Shown here: piece by piece, positions 1 through 11,006 of the stretch
Numbering within the stretch: the first letter of the stretch is position 1
Layout of the letters: every line of letters starts with the position of its first letter
Source of the DNA: Burkholderiales bacterium
GTDB taxonomy: Bacteria; Pseudomonadota; Gammaproteobacteria; Burkholderiales; SG8-39
Length of the DNA: 64,000 nucleotides
Assembly: GCA_046347635.1 (NCBI GenBank)
Contig: JAXMFT010000001.1
Span: forward strand, 4,658-68,657
Reading direction: 5' to 3'
The notes under the pieces: model-generated
What the model saw: only the letters and a program-made list of their open reading frames with translations
What the model was told of the DNA's origin: nothing
Databases searched by the model: none
Translations under genes and position numbers: made by a program

Positions 1-2
1 CG

Positions 3-155
3 CTCGCCGGCGCGAGCGAAGACGGGCTCGACCTGATGCCGGGCGTGCGCGGGATCGAGCGCACGTCGTACGTGCAGGAAGTCGCCCCGGTGTCGAGCGC
101 GCCGGCCGACGACGCGTTCTACAGCCGCAGCACCGGCGGCATCCCGCCCCAGTAA
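3..155 (+). CDS. 3' end of an unidentified CDS (partial; 5' part lies outside the window)
   Basis: Frame +3 is open from the window edge with GC-rich third codon positions (..GIERTSYVQEVAPVSS..GGIPPQ) and ends at TAA 153-155. A hairpin follows at 171-205. No family recognised. Confidence 0.3.
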   Translation, partial: LAGASEDGLDLMPGVRGIERTSYVQEVAPVSSAPADDAFYSRSTGGIPPQ

Positions 156-170
156 GACGCGCTGCTCCAC

Positions 171-205
171 GGGGGCCCGGCCGCCGCCGGGCCCCCGCTT
201 TCCCC
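171..205 (+). terminator. GC hairpin between convergent genes (candidate intrinsic terminator)
   Basis: GGGGGCCCGG (171-180) and CCGGGCCCCC (187-196) form a perfect 10-bp stem around a 6-nt loop, followed by GCTTTCCCC. It lies between the partial plus-strand CDS and the stop of the minus-strand Crp/Fnr gene. Confidence 0.5.
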
Positions 206-210
206 GGCGC

Positions 211-870
211 CTACCAGGCCCGCGGCGGGCGCCGCCGGATGACGATCCTCCCGCCCTCCTGCGCGATGTAGCCGCCCGCCGTCAGGTCGCGGAAGATGCG
301 GCTCACCATCTCGCGCGAGGCGTTCACGCGGTCGCCGATCTCCTGCTGCGTGAGGCGCTGCTCCACGACCAGCCGCCCGTCGACCTCGGTCGCCAGGTCG
401 AGCAGGAGCTTCGCGACGCGCCCGTAGACGTCGAGGAGCGCGAGGTCCTTCATGCTCTCGGTCAGGTGCCGGACGCGGCCGATCAGGCCGCGAATGAGCT
501 CGAACGCCGCCTCGGGATGCTGCACGACGAAGGCGCGCATCACGTCGTTCGGGATCACCGCCATCCGGCACGGCTCGAGGGTCAGCACGGAAGCCGAGCG
601 CGACCCGTCGTCGAAAGCGAGCTCGCCCAGGTACTCGCCCGGCCCCTGGACGTTCAGCACGACGTCCTTGCCGTGCTCGTCGCTCACGAACACTTTCACG
701 CGCCCCGACAGGATGACGTAGAGCGAGTCGCTGCGATCGCCCTCGGTGACCACGATCGCGTTCTTCGGGAACGAGCGCACGATCGCCGCGTCGGCGAGCG
801 CGCGCAGCGCCGCATCGGGAAGCACGGAAAAGAGCGACACCTGCTTCAGCGACTCGGCGACGGGCAGCAT
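211..870 (-). CDS. Crp/Fnr-family transcriptional regulator (cNMP-binding domain plus C-terminal HTH)
   Basis: 219-aa ORF. N-terminal cyclic-nucleotide-binding barrel (..VVTEGDRSDSLYVILSGRVKV..GEYLGELAF..RSASV) and C-terminal HTH (LTQQEIGDRVNASREMVSRIFRDL). Confidence 0.85.
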   Translation of the reverse strand: MLPVAESLKQVSLFSVLPDAALRALADAAIVRSFPKNAIVVTEGDRSDSLYVILSGRVKVFVSDEHGKDVVLNVQGPGEYLGELAFDDGSRSASVLTLEPCRMAVIPNDVMRAFVVQHPEAAFELIRGLIGRVRHLTESMKDLALLDVYGRVAKLLLDLATEVDGRLVVEQRLTQQEIGDRVNASREMVSRIFRDLTAGGYIAQEGGRIVIRRRPPRAW

Positions 871-1149
871 GGGCGATCCTCCCGCAAGCGCGCATCATGA
901 TAGCCGAGCGGAGCGGACGCTGGACCGGCGCGCACACAGGTCAAAGCGACGACGAGGCTAGTCTGGCAGCCCGATTCTCCCTCGACTCGTGCCGCTGGCA
1001 AAATGGCCTAGGCGAACCCGATGCGACTCGATCGAATCGCCGCTGCGATCGCGACGACAACCCTGTGCGAGGCGTAGCCCTAGATTGTCGCGGCGCGCGA
1101 CGCGCCGACCTGCGCTACGTCATCATCGTACGCACCGGAGATCCGTGTC

Positions 1150-1184
1150 TGCATAGAAAGCTGAGCCTGCGACTCGACGCAGGC
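1150..1184 (-). terminator. Candidate intrinsic terminator after the GcvT-like gene
   Basis: On the minus strand, GCCTGCG-TCGAGT-CGCAGGC (plus 1165-1184) is followed by TCAGCTTTCTAT. It lies about 110 nt downstream of the stop at 1291. Confidence 0.35.
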
Positions 1185-1290
1185 GCCGGGGACCGCCTCC
1201 GGCGCGAGGAGGCGCTGCTGGAGCCCTACAAAACCGATCCGCAGTGCGCCCTGCTGCTCTTCGGCGCGGAATGAGTGCGTCGCTAGGGTC

Positions 1291-2286
1291 CTAGACGCGC
1301 CGCCGCGGCAGCGCGCGCGCCGGATCGTAGAACGGGAGGCGACAGACACGCCCGATCTCCGCGTCCGAGATCGACACGAGGGTACCGGGCACGGCGGCCT
1401 CGGCCGGCGCGAACCCGAGCGCGAGCTCGCGCGCGAAGGTTGGCGACCAGACCCGGCTGGTGACCGCGGCGCATGCGAGGCCTGCGAGAACTGATCGATC
1501 GCGCCGCCCGAGAGGTTCCAGTCCCACAAGGCGCAGCTCCGGCTCGCGCCACCGCTGCGCGTATGCTGCATGGCGGCCCTCGAAGGTGCGCCCGTCGAAT
1601 TCGACCAGCCGTTCCAGCCCCAGCTCGAACGGCGTCACCGGTCGCGCGAGCTCGTTCGTGAAGAGGATGTACCCGGACTCCATGCGCAGGCTGTTTGCCG
1701 CCTCGAATCCGCACTCGCGCGCGTCGAGCGCGAGCCGGCGCCAGACCTCCGGCGCAGCGTCGACCGGGACGATCAGCTCGTAGCCGAGCTCGCCCGAATA
1801 GCCGAGCCGTCCAATGATCACCGGCACGCTGCCGAGCACTGCCGGGCGGAAGCCGAAGTACGCGGTGCCCGGCGGCGCGCCGAGATGCCGCTCGAGCACC
1901 CGTGCCGAGTCCGATCCCTGGAGCGCCAGCACCGCGTTCGCGCCGGTGAGATCTTCCAGAACCACGCCCGCCTCGCCCGCCGCCGCGGCGACGAACGTGA
2001 AGTCCGACGGCCGCCCGGTGAAGAGCCAGTAGCGGTCGGGCGCGAGGCACCACACGGTCGCATCGATGAACACGCTCCCGTCCGCGCGCAGCAGCAGCGT
2101 GTACGCGATGCGGCCGCGCGCGAGCCCCGCTAGGCTGCGGGTCTGCAGGCGGTCGAGGAACGCGCGCGCGCCCGCGCCCGCGACCTCGAAGTGCCCCATG
2201 AACGAGAAGTCGAAGAGCCCGCACGCGCGCCGCGTCGCGAGGTGCTCCGTGGCCGCGTCGGTGTAGACCGCTACAGGTTGCGCCAT
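1291..2286 (-). CDS. Aminomethyltransferase (GcvT) family, folate-dependent protein
   Basis: Internal ATG at 2286 of ORF 1291..3390 (MAQPVAVYTD..). GcvT-family motifs GLFDFSFMGHFEV and GRLGYSGELGYEL. The start overlaps the TauE-like gene by 16 nt. Confidence 0.8.
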   Translation of the reverse strand: MAQPVAVYTDAATEHLATRRACGLFDFSFMGHFEVAGAGARAFLDRLQTRSLAGLARGRIAYTLLLRADGSVFIDATVWCLAPDRYWLFTGRPSDFTFVAAAAGEAGVVLEDLTGANAVLALQGSDSARVLERHLGAPPGTAYFGFRPAVLGSVPVIIGRLGYSGELGYELIVPVDAAPEVWRRLALDARECGFEAANSLRMESGYILFTNELARPVTPFELGLERLVEFDGRTFEGRHAAYAQRWREPELRLVGLEPLGRRDRSVLAGLACAAVTSRVWSPTFARELALGFAPAEAAVPGTLVSISDAEIGRVCRLPFYDPARALPRRRV

Positions 2287-3014
2287 AGCATCAGCGCGCC
2301 GACCACGATGCAGAGCACCGCGGCGAGCCGGCGCAGCGTGCCGACGCTCACCGCGTGCGCGAGGCGCACGCCGACCACGACGCCCGCGAGCTCGAACGCG
2401 GCGAGCCACGCGGCCATCCGGAAGTCGATCGTCCCGTACGCGAGGTTGCCGGCAGTGCCGAACACCGCCGCGACGATCTGCAGCACCTGGCTCGTCCCGA
2501 CCGCCGCGAGCGGGACGAAGCCCGCGAGCACCATGATCGGCACCGAGAAGAGCGGTCCGCCCGCACCGGAAAGCCCGGAGCCGAAGCCCGATACCGCCCC
2601 GACCCCGAGCAGCATGGCGCGCTCGCCCGGCGAGCGGCCGTCGCGATGCCCTTCGCGGCGCGACGGCAGCAGGATGTACGCGCCCGCGAAGATCACGATC
2701 CCCGCGATGACCAGCGCGAGCGACCGCGACCCGAGCCGCGACGCCGCCCACGCGCCGAGGACGCTGAAGACCACCGCACCGACGCACACCGGGGCCGTGA
2801 TCCGCCAGTCGATCGAGCCGCGGCGCTGGAAGAGCGCCGTGCCCAGGATCCCGGTGAAGACGAAGGTGAAGAGCGCGGTGGCGGCAGCGGCGTGAACGGT
2901 GAGGCCGCCGAGATAGGTGAGCGCGGGAACCAGGAGGATCCCGCCGACGCCGACGGTGCCGATGAACAGGCCGACGACGAGCGCCGCGGCCGCGATCAGG
3001 GCGTAGGCGGTCAA
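2271..3014 (-). CDS. TauE/SafE (DUF81) family anion (sulfite/sulfonate) exporter
   Basis: 247-aa polytopic membrane ORF with duplicated Gly-rich helices (GTVGVGGILLVP.. and GLSGAGGPLFSVP), typical of TauE/SafE. Confidence 0.75.
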   Translation of the reverse strand: MTAYALIAAAALVVGLFIGTVGVGGILLVPALTYLGGLTVHAAAATALFTFVFTGILGTALFQRRGSIDWRITAPVCVGAVVFSVLGAWAASRLGSRSLALVIAGIVIFAGAYILLPSRREGHRDGRSPGERAMLLGVGAVSGFGSGLSGAGGPLFSVPIMVLAGFVPLAAVGTSQVLQIVAAVFGTAGNLAYGTIDFRMAAWLAAFELAGVVVGVRLAHAVSVGTLRRLAAVLCIVVGALMLWRNL

Positions 3015-3020
3015 CGCGCC

Positions 3021-3485
3021 CTAGCCGGCGGCAAACGCTTTGAGCTCGCTCGTGAGAAGGACCGACAGCTGCTTCATCAGCGCGTAGCCGAGGCCGTGAT
3101 CCTCCTCCATGAGCGCGACGAGCCGCGCGCCGTCGAGCGCGAGCACCTCGCACGACGTGAGGCAGTAGGCGGTGGCGATGCGCCGCTGGGTGGTCTCGAC
3201 CAGCGCCGCCCAGCCGAACACCTCGCCGCGGCGGATGATCTCGCCCGCCGAGGTGTCGCGCCTGCCCACGCCCAGCGTGAACCGCACCATGCCCTCGGTG
3301 AGGACATAGAAGTCCTCCGCCGGATCGCCGAGTGAGTAGATGCGGGTGTCCTGCGAATAGCGCTCGCGCCGCGCGAGCAGCGCGAGGCACGCGAGCTGCG
3401 CGCGCCCCAGCCCCGCGAAGAACGGCGCCGCCTCGAGGATTTCCAGCTCGCCGGCGACCGCCGCCCCCGACGCGATCGAGCTCAC
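3021..3485 (-). CDS. Stand-alone cyclic-nucleotide-binding (CNB) domain protein
   Basis: GTG at 3485 overlaps the panB-like TGA (GTGA). The sequence FFAGLGRAQL..FYVLTEGMVRF..GEVFGWAAL..RRIATAY is a CNB barrel with no DNA-binding domain. Confidence 0.7.
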   Translation of the reverse strand: MSSIASGAAVAGELEILEAAPFFAGLGRAQLACLALLARRERYSQDTRIYSLGDPAEDFYVLTEGMVRFTLGVGRRDTSAGEIIRRGEVFGWAALVETTQRRIATAYCLTSCEVLALDGARLVALMEEDHGLGYALMKQLSVLLTSELKAFAAG

Positions 3486-4363
3486 TTCTTTTTCCACCCC
3501 ACCAGGTCGCGGAAGCGCGCGAGCTCGTCTTCCTTCATGAAGACGGTATGCTCCTTGCCAGGGTAGACGCGCGCGCGCACCTCGTCGCGGTAATCGGACA
3601 GACCCTTCTCCAGGATCGGCACGAGGTCGACGTAGATCTTCGAGTGCCGCGGCACGTGCGCCTCGTAGAGGTGAAAGAGGTCCGAGCCGATGATATGCAC
3701 GCCGTGCGCCCGGTTGCCCGCGCCGAGGCTGATCACCGGGACCGGGAGCGTCTCGGCGAGGTACTCGCACACCTCCGAGGTCGTCACCTCGCACATGATC
3801 GAGAAGCACCCCGCGTCCACCATCGCCCACGCGTCATCGATCAGCTCCTTGGCGCGCTCCGCGGTCTTGCCCTGCGCGACGAACCCGCCGAGCTGCGGCA
3901 TGCGCATCGGGGTGATGCCGATGTGCCCCTGCACCGGGATGCCCGCCTTCACGATCGCCTCGATGTACTTGGCGTGGTGCTTGTTGCCCTCGCACTTCAT
4001 CACCTCGGCCCCGCCCTGCGCGACGTACTTCGCGGCGTTGTCGACCGCCTGCTGCGCGGAGAGGTGGAAGCTCATGTAGGGCATGTCCACCATGCGCAGC
4101 CCGTACTTCGACCCGCGCTTGACGGCCTGTGCCATGAACATCACCTCCTCGAACGAGACCGACGTGGTGGTCTCGTGACCGAACAGCACCATGCCCCCGG
4201 TGTCCGAGACGCACAGGATGTCGATCCCGACGCGGTCCGCGATGATCGCGGTCTCGTAGTCGTACACGGCGAGCTGGACGATCGGCTCACCCTTCTTCAT
4301 CTTCTCGACGAGCGACGGGATGGTGACCTTCTTGCGCGTCGGCGCGGCGGGCTTATCGGCCAT
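3482..4363 (-). CDS. panB: 3-methyl-2-oxobutanoate hydroxymethyltransferase family (divergent PanB paralog)
   Basis: ATG at 4363 (MADKPAAPTRKKVTIPSL..) preceded by AGGAGGAG. Aligns by eye along the whole length with E. coli PanB (..AVYDY..DSxGM..KxEG..HxGxTP..GAG..YPG.EH). Confidence 0.8.
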   Translation of the reverse strand: MADKPAAPTRKKVTIPSLVEKMKKGEPIVQLAVYDYETAIIADRVGIDILCVSDTGGMVLFGHETTTSVSFEEVMFMAQAVKRGSKYGLRMVDMPYMSFHLSAQQAVDNAAKYVAQGGAEVMKCEGNKHHAKYIEAIVKAGIPVQGHIGITPMRMPQLGGFVAQGKTAERAKELIDDAWAMVDAGCFSIMCEVTTSEVCEYLAETLPVPVISLGAGNRAHGVHIIGSDLFHLYEAHVPRHSKIYVDLVPILEKGLSDYRDEVRARVYPGKEHTVFMKEDELARFRDLVGWKKK

Positions 4364-4412
4364 TGGGACTCCTCCTGGGGACCTGTTGTCGGGGTCAATT
4401 GGGTCTTCCCGC

Positions 4413-4428
4413 AGCAAGTCCTGTGCCG
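4413..4428 (-). promoter_or_regulatory. Sigma-54 (-24/-12) promoter upstream of the panB-like operon
   Basis: The minus strand reads CGGCACAGGACTTGCT. GG and GC have the canonical spacing of TGGCAC-N5-TTGCW, and only the first T differs. It lies about 50 nt upstream of ATG 4363 and directly downstream of a sigma-54 EBP gene. Confidence 0.7.
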
Positions 4429-4488
4429 AGCGGGAGCGGCCCCACTCCCCGTGCAATAACAACCGAGTGCAAGCGCAGGCGGTCACGG

Positions 4489-4529
4489 CTGTTTCGAAAC
4501 GAAACCTGGGCGCGTGCGCCGCGAAACAG
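4489..4529 (-). promoter_or_regulatory. Candidate enhancer (UAS) inverted repeat for the sigma-54 promoter
   Basis: CTGTTTCG (4489-4496) and CGAAACAG (4522-4529) are perfect 8-bp inverted arms. There is also an internal palindrome GTTTCGAAAC (4491-4500) and a third GAAAC. The element lies roughly 85-125 nt upstream of the predicted transcription start. Confidence 0.5.
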
Positions 4530-4530
4530 G

Positions 4531-5934
<1,404 letters not shown>

Positions 5935-5938
<4 letters not shown>

Positions 5939-6978
5939 CACGTCGCCTCCTGCGTCGCGCCCGGCAGCTCGACCACGAAGCACGCGCCGCCCTCCGGATG
6001 GTTCTCGGCGCGCAGTTCCCCGTCGAGCTCGTGCATGATCTCGCGCGAGATGGTGAGTCCAAGCCCGGTACCCGCGCCCTCGGGCTTGGTGGTGAAGAAC
6101 GGCTCGAAGATGCGCGCGAGATGCTCGGGCGTGATGCCGGGCCCCTGGTCGCGGATCGCGAGCGACACCCGTTCGCCATGCCGCGCACCGGTGACGGTCA
6201 CGCACCCCTGGCCGCCCATCGCCTGCGCGGCGTTGAGCAGCACGTTGAACACCACCTGCTCGAGCCGGCTCGGCTCGGCGAGCGCGGCGAGATCCGGCGC
6301 AACCGCCACCTCGACCGTCACGCCGGGCGCGCCGGCGCGGTGCCGGAAGAGCGACGCGGTCTCCTCCACCACCTGGGCGAGCGCGACGCTCTTGCGCGTC
6401 CCGTCGCGCACGCGCGAGAAATCGGTCAGCGTGCGGGTGATCGCGAGGACGCGGGCAATGTTCGACGAAATCGATGCAAGTCCGCGCTCGAGCATCTCGG
6501 GCGCGGTCCCGCGTCGCGAGCGCAGGATCTGCACCATGGAGTCGATCGCAGCGAGCGGATTGCTCACCTCGTGGCACACCCCTGCGACCATGAATCCGAG
6601 GGAGGCAAGACGCGTAGTCTGCATGTCCTGGAGCGACGACGCGGTAACCGACGACTCGTCGACCGCGGTGAGCACCGTACCCCAGCGGGTCGGCTGCGCG
6701 GTAAGCCGCTCGTCGACCACCCGGCCCTCGGCGAGCCGCGCCACCGGCACATCGCGCGCGACGCCGAGTTCGCCTCCGAGCGCCGCGTGGTATTCGGGAT
6801 AGAGCGCGGCGAAACGCGCCTCGGCGGCGTCCTCGCGCGCCCGCGCCCGCATCGCGGCGCTCGCGTGCAGCACCCGCCCGGCCGCATCGACCACCATGAC
6901 CGGGACGGGCAGCGTCTCGAGCACGGCGAGCGGCCGCGCCGCGCCGTGCGCCTCGCGCCGGTTGGCGCCGACGCTCAT
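5935..6978 (-). CDS. Cytoplasmic PAS-type sensor histidine kinase
   Basis: ATG at 6978 overlaps the MFS stop (ATGA). H-box [14 protein letters not shown] box [10 protein letters not shown] boxes DQGPGI and GTGLGL. No TM segments. Confidence 0.85.
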
Positions 6979-8210
6979 CCCTTGGCCCCGCTCACGCCCG
7001 GCGCCGCGCGCAGCGTGCGCTCGTCGATCGGCAGGCAAGCGAGCGCCGCGACAACGCTCGCGCCGATCGCGATGATCCACACCGCGGTGTAGCTCCCGGT
7101 CGCGTCGAACGCGTAGCCGCCGAGCCAGGCCCCCGCAAAGGCGCCGACCTGGTGCCCGAGCCAGGCGATGCTGAACAGCGTCGAGAGGTACTGCACGCCG
7201 AAGATCTGCGCGACGAGCGAATTGGTGAGCGGCACCGTGCCGAGCCACGTGAATCCCATAACGGCCGCGAACAGGGCGATACTCGCGGTCGAAAGCGGCA
7301 GCGAGACGAACGCCGCGATCGCGGCCGCCCGCAGCCAGTAGATTGTGCCGAGCAGGTGCTTTTTGCTGTAGCGGTCGCCGAGGTATCCGCACAGGAACGA
7401 GCCGGCGACGTTCGCCAGTCCGATCGCGGCGAGCGCGGTCATGCCCTGCAGCGCGGTGCCGCCGCGGTCGACGAGGTACGCGGGCAGATGGACCATGATG
7501 AAGATCGTCTGGAACCCGCAGACGAGGAAGCTTCCGGTCAACAGCCAGAACCCCTTGTGGTGCGCCGCCTCGCGCAGCGCCTCGCCGATCCCCTGCCCCG
7601 TGCCGTGCGCATGGGTCGTGCGGCCGGCAAGCGCCGCGCCGAGCGGCACGATCAGGAACGCCGATGCGGCGAGGATGACAAGCGCGTTGAACCACCCGAA
7701 CTGCCCGATCAGCACTTGCGTGTAGGGCAGCATCGCGAACTGCCCGACCGACCCGCCGGCGCCGGCGATGCCGAGCGCGACGGTGCGGCGCGCCGGCGGC
7801 GCGCGCCGGCCGACGACGCCGAGCACGACGCCGAAGCTGCAAGCGCTCAGGCCGATGCCGATGAGGAACCCGGCAGTCAGACCGAGTTCGAATCCGGTGC
7901 TCGAGTACGCCATCAGGACCAGCCCCGCGCCGTAGCACAGCCCGCCGATGACGAGCACGCGGCCGGCACCGAACCGGTCGGCGATCGCGCCGGTGAACGG
8001 CTGCGCGAGCCCCCACAGCAGATTTTGCAGCGCGATTGCAGCCGAGAAAGTCTCGCGCCCCCAGCCGAGCGCGCTGCACATCGGCTGCAAGAAGAGGCCG
8101 AAGCCTTGCCGCGTGCCGAGCGCGATGAAGAGGATCGCAGCCGCGCAGGCGAGCACGACGGTCGGCGTGCGCCAGTCGACGGACGAACCCGCTGCGGAGG
8201 GAGCGTTCAT
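6975..8210 (-). CDS. MFS transporter (oxalate/formate-antiporter-like subfamily by eye)
   Basis: 411-aa ORF with about 12 hydrophobic helices and the MFS loop motif [12 protein letters not shown]. Confidence 0.8.
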   Translation of the reverse strand: MNAPSAAGSSVDWRTPTVVLACAAAILFIALGTRQGFGLFLQPMCSALGWGRETFSAAIALQNLLWGLAQPFTGAIADRFGAGRVLVIGGLCYGAGLVLMAYSSTGFELGLTAGFLIGIGLSACSFGVVLGVVGRRAPPARRTVALGIAGAGGSVGQFAMLPYTQVLIGQFGWFNALVILAASAFLIVPLGAALAGRTTHAHGTGQGIGEALREAAHHKGFWLLTGSFLVCGFQTIFIMVHLPAYLVDRGGTALQGMTALAAIGLANVAGSFLCGYLGDRYSKKHLLGTIYWLRAAAIAAFVSLPLSTASIALFAAVMGFTWLGTVPLTNSLVAQIFGVQYLSTLFSIAWLGHQVGAFAGAWLGGYAFDATGSYTAVWIIAIGASVVAALACLPIDERTLRAAPGVSGAKG

Positions 8211-8297
8211 GAGCGGGCAAGTCTAGCCCGATTGCCGGCTAACCGGTTCGCGCCGGTCGCGGAGGAAGAGAGCCGGCCGAACGGCGCGGCGTTGTCC

Positions 8298-9509
8298 TCA
8301 ACGGGCCGAGTGCCCCGCGAGCTTCACTTCGACCTTCTCCTCGAGGCCGGCGTAGTACGCGCGCAGCACCTCGAGCACCTCCGGCCGGCTGAACTCGGCC
8401 GGGACGGGAGAGCCCTCGGACAGCCACTTGCGCAGCTTCGTCCCGGAGACGAGCAGGCGGTCGGCGTCGTCGTGCGGGCAGGTGCGCGCGGAGGCCATCC
8501 CGCCGCACTGGTAGCACCAGAACGTCCAGTCGATCTTGAGCGGCTGGGTCTCGAGCGCGCCTTTCGGGATCTCGTCGAAGATGCGGTGCGCGTCGAACGG
8601 GCCGTAGTAGCTCCCCACGCCGGCGTGGTCGCGCCCGACGATCAGGTGCGAGCAGCCGTAGTTCTGGCGGAACAGCGCGTGCAGCAGCGCCTCGCGCGGG
8701 CCGGCGTAGCGCATGTCGAGCGGATAGCCGGCGTGGATGACCGTGTCCTTGCGGAAGTAGCGCTCGAGCAGCACGCCGATCGCCGCCGCGCGCACGTCGG
8801 CCGGGATGTCGCCCGGCTTGAGGTTGCCGAGCAGGGAGTGGATCAGCACGCCGTCGCAGGTCTCGATCGCCACCTTGGCGAGGTATTCGTGCGAGCGGTG
8901 CATCGGGTTGCGCGTCTGGAACGCGGCCACCCGCGACCAACCGAGCTTCTCGAACGCGGCCCGCGTCTCGGCCGGCGTCATGAAGAGCGCGCCGTACGCG
9001 CTCCCGAACCCGCCGTCGGAGAGCACCGTCACCGGCCCGGCGAGGTTCACCTCGCCCTGCTCCATCACCATCTTCACGCCCGGGTGCTCGAGGTCGGTGG
9101 TGCGGAACACCGCCCGGCACTCGTGCGCCTTGTCGATCGCGTACTTCTCGGTGACGCGCAGGGTCGCGAGGAGCGTCCCGTCGTCGGGGTCGGCGAGCGC
9201 GATCTCGGCCCCGGTGGCGATGCCGTCGGCGGCCGCGCGCGCGGCCGAGAGGGTGATCGGGATCGGCCAGAAGGTGCCGTTCGCCGTCCGGTAGCCGTCG
9301 CACACCCCGCGCCAGTCGGCCTGCGTCATGAACCCGTCGAGCGGGGTGAACCCGCCGATCCCGAGCATCACGAGGTCGCCGCGCTCGCGCGAGCTCACGC
9401 GCAGCTGCGGCAGGGTGCGGGCGCGCGCCTGCGCGGCGGCGAGCGCCGCGCCCGCGGCGAGCAGGGGCTTGAGGTGTCCGCCTCCGTGGGGTGCGACGAG
9501 CGCGGGCAT
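8298..9509 (-). CDS. sat: Sulfate adenylyltransferase (ATP sulfurylase, homo-oligomeric Sat type)
   Basis: ATG at 9509 ([10 protein letters not shown]..). Signature motifs [11 protein letters not shown] and VGRDHAGVG. Confidence 0.9.
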   Translation of the reverse strand: MPALVAPHGGGHLKPLLAAGAALAAAQARARTLPQLRVSSRERGDLVMLGIGGFTPLDGFMTQADWRGVCDGYRTANGTFWPIPITLSAARAAADGIATGAEIALADPDDGTLLATLRVTEKYAIDKAHECRAVFRTTDLEHPGVKMVMEQGEVNLAGPVTVLSDGGFGSAYGALFMTPAETRAAFEKLGWSRVAAFQTRNPMHRSHEYLAKVAIETCDGVLIHSLLGNLKPGDIPADVRAAAIGVLLERYFRKDTVIHAGYPLDMRYAGPREALLHALFRQNYGCSHLIVGRDHAGVGSYYGPFDAHRIFDEIPKGALETQPLKIDWTFWCYQCGGMASARTCPHDDADRLLVSGTKLRKWLSEGSPVPAEFSRPEVLEVLRAYYAGLEEKVEVKLAGHSAR

Positions 9510-9536
9510 CGGCTTGCCTCTCGGTTGGGAGCGGGT

Positions 9537-9565
9537 ATTCTGCGCAGGCCCCCGGCGCGGGACAA
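9537..9565 (-). promoter_or_regulatory. Candidate sigma-70 promoter of sat (TTGTCC-N17-CAGAAT)
   Basis: The minus strand reads TTGTCC (plus 9560-9565), a 17-nt spacer, then CAGAAT (plus 9537-9542). A GAGAGG Shine-Dalgarno sequence precedes ATG 9509. Confidence 0.35.
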
Positions 9566-9576
9566 CCCCGACCTTT

Positions 9577-9592
9577 TTGATTGCCGGATCAA
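9577..9592. promoter_or_regulatory. 16-bp palindrome TTGAT-N6-ATCAA in the sat / ORF101 divergent region
   Basis: TTGATTGCCGGATCAA has perfect 5-bp arms and lies 11 nt upstream of the sat -35-like hexamer. See the sister site at 13035-13050. Confidence 0.45.
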
Positions 9593-9656
9593 GGGCCCTG
9601 ATTTGAACGCAAGTCACGGTCGGCCGGGCCGCGCGCTGGCTCCGCCCGGAGCGGCT

Positions 9657-9665
9657 TGCTAGACT
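9657..9665 (+). promoter_or_regulatory. Extended -10 element TGCTAGACT placed 7 nt before ATG 9673 (leaderless-type promoter candidate)
   Basis: The 13-mer CTTGCTAGACTGC is identical to the one at 33089-33101 (minus strand). In both cases the TAGACT hexamer ends 7 nt before an ATG. Confidence 0.4.
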
Positions 9666-9672
9666 GCCCCGC

Positions 9673-9978
9673 ATGGATCGCCAGGCCTTCAAACCCGACA
9701 CCCGCTACACGCTGGCGTGCAAGGACGAGCACGGGCGCGTGCGGCCGCTCAACGTCTACGTGTACCGGCTGTACGACCGCTTCATGGTCGCCCGCGATAC
9801 CGGCGCGGCCGGGCTCGTGCGCCGCATCGACTACGGCGACGTCGAGCGCATCGTGCGCACGACCGAGGTCGCGCCCGCCGACCGCTTCTTCCTCCCCGCG
9901 GGGGTGCTCGACGAGGCGAGCTGGCGGGACCGCAGCGTCATGCAGCACTACGCGTCGGCGCCCGGCCGCGGCAAGTGA
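9673..9978 (+). CDS. Hypothetical 101-aa protein, translationally coupled to the ChrB-like gene
   Basis: GC3-rich ORF. Its TGA overlaps the next ATG (TGATG). No family recognised. Confidence 0.5.
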   Translation: MDRQAFKPDTRYTLACKDEHGRVRPLNVYVYRLYDRFMVARDTGAAGLVRRIDYGDVERIVRTTEVAPADRFFLPAGVLDEASWRDRSVMQHYASAPGRGK

Positions 9979-10982
9979 TGGCGCGCGCCGCGACCGCGCC
10001 CGACGAGGCGCCCGCCGCCGATCACCGGCGCTGGCTGGCGGTGGTCGCCCAGCTGCCGGTCGACGACGCGGCCGGGCGCATGAAGGTGCTGCGCATGCTC
10101 GAGACGCTCGGCTGCGCGGTGCTGCGCGACGGCGTCTACCTGCTCCCCGAGAGCACCGAGAGCCGCCGCGGCCTGCAGCGGCTGGTCGACTACGTCGCGC
10201 GCATCCACGGCTCGGCCCACCTGCTCGCGGTGCGCAGCGCGGACGACGCCCAGACGAAGCAGTTCCGCGGGATGTTCGACCGCTCCGCCAAGTACCGCGA
10301 GCTGACCAAGACGATCCAGTCGCTGGAGGCGGGCTTCGGCGTCTCCGACCCGGCCGCGATCCGCCACGTGCTCGCCAAGCAGCGCCAGGAGTTCGACGCC
10401 ATCGCCACGCTCGACTTCTTCGGCTCGCCGCTCAAGGCGAAGGCGGAGAGCGTGCTGACCGAGATGGAGGCGCGGGTCCACGCGATGATCTTCCCGGACG
10501 AGGCGCCGCGCGCGCCCGCCGCCGGCGTCGCGCGCGCGAACCGCAAGTACTTCCGCCGCGCGTGGGCGACGCGCACGCCGCTCTTCGTCGACCGCCTCGC
10601 CTCGGCGTGGCTGATCCGCCGCTTCATCGACCCGGAGGCGGTCATGGTGTGGCTCGACGCCCGCAAGCCTTGCCCCGCCACCGCGGTGAGCTTCGGCTTC
10701 GAGGGCGCGACGTTCCGCAACAGCCGGCACCGCGTCACCTACGAGGAGCTGCTCGCGAGCTTCAAGCTGGAGCGCAACGCGGCGCTCGCGCGCATCGGCC
10801 GCATCGTGCACGCGCTCGACACGAACGAGCCGGGCGTCGCCGAGGCGGCCGGCGTGGCGACCCTCCTCAACGGGGCGAAGCGCCGCGCCGAGAACGACGA
10901 CCAGCTGCTCGCCGAGAGCGAGAAGACCTTCGACCTCCTCTACGAGGCGTACTTCGAGGTCCCGGCGAAGGGCGCCGCGTGA
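9978..10982 (+). CDS. ChrB-like (chromate-resistance regulator family) protein
   Basis: ATG at 9978 within ORF 9717..10982. ChrB N-domain-like RMKVLRMLETLGCAVLRDGVYLLPES and C-domain-like VDRLASAWLIRRFIDPEA. No chrA is in the window. Confidence 0.65.
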   Translation: MARAATAPDEAPAADHRRWLAVVAQLPVDDAAGRMKVLRMLETLGCAVLRDGVYLLPESTESRRGLQRLVDYVARIHGSAHLLAVRSADDAQTKQFRGMFDRSAKYRELTKTIQSLEAGFGVSDPAAIRHVLAKQRQEFDAIATLDFFGSPLKAKAESVLTEMEARVHAMIFPDEAPRAPAAGVARANRKYFRRAWATRTPLFVDRLASAWLIRRFIDPEAVMVWLDARKPCPATAVSFGFEGATFRNSRHRVTYEELLASFKLERNAALARIGRIVHALDTNEPGVAEAAGVATLLNGAKRRAENDDQLLAESEKTFDLLYEAYFEVPAKGAA

Positions 10983-11006
10983 CGCGCGCGCTCGCCGCGC
11001 CCTGCG

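Noticed and set aside
887-960. Crp/Fnr box upstream of the first Crp/Fnr gene (TTGACCTGTGTGCG on the minus strand).
   Set aside because: Only one half-site matches, and its distance to the TATCAT -10 candidate is 28 nt, unlike the 23-nt geometry at the three good sites.
2287-2400. Glycine riboswitch upstream of the GcvT-like gene.
   Set aside because: The gene start overlaps the preceding TauE-like CDS, so there is no leader.
8228-8240. The 9-mer GATTGCCGG shared between 8231-8239 and the sat palindrome (9579-9587), as a regulator half-site.
   Set aside because: It is a single short match without the palindromic partner, so it could easily be chance.
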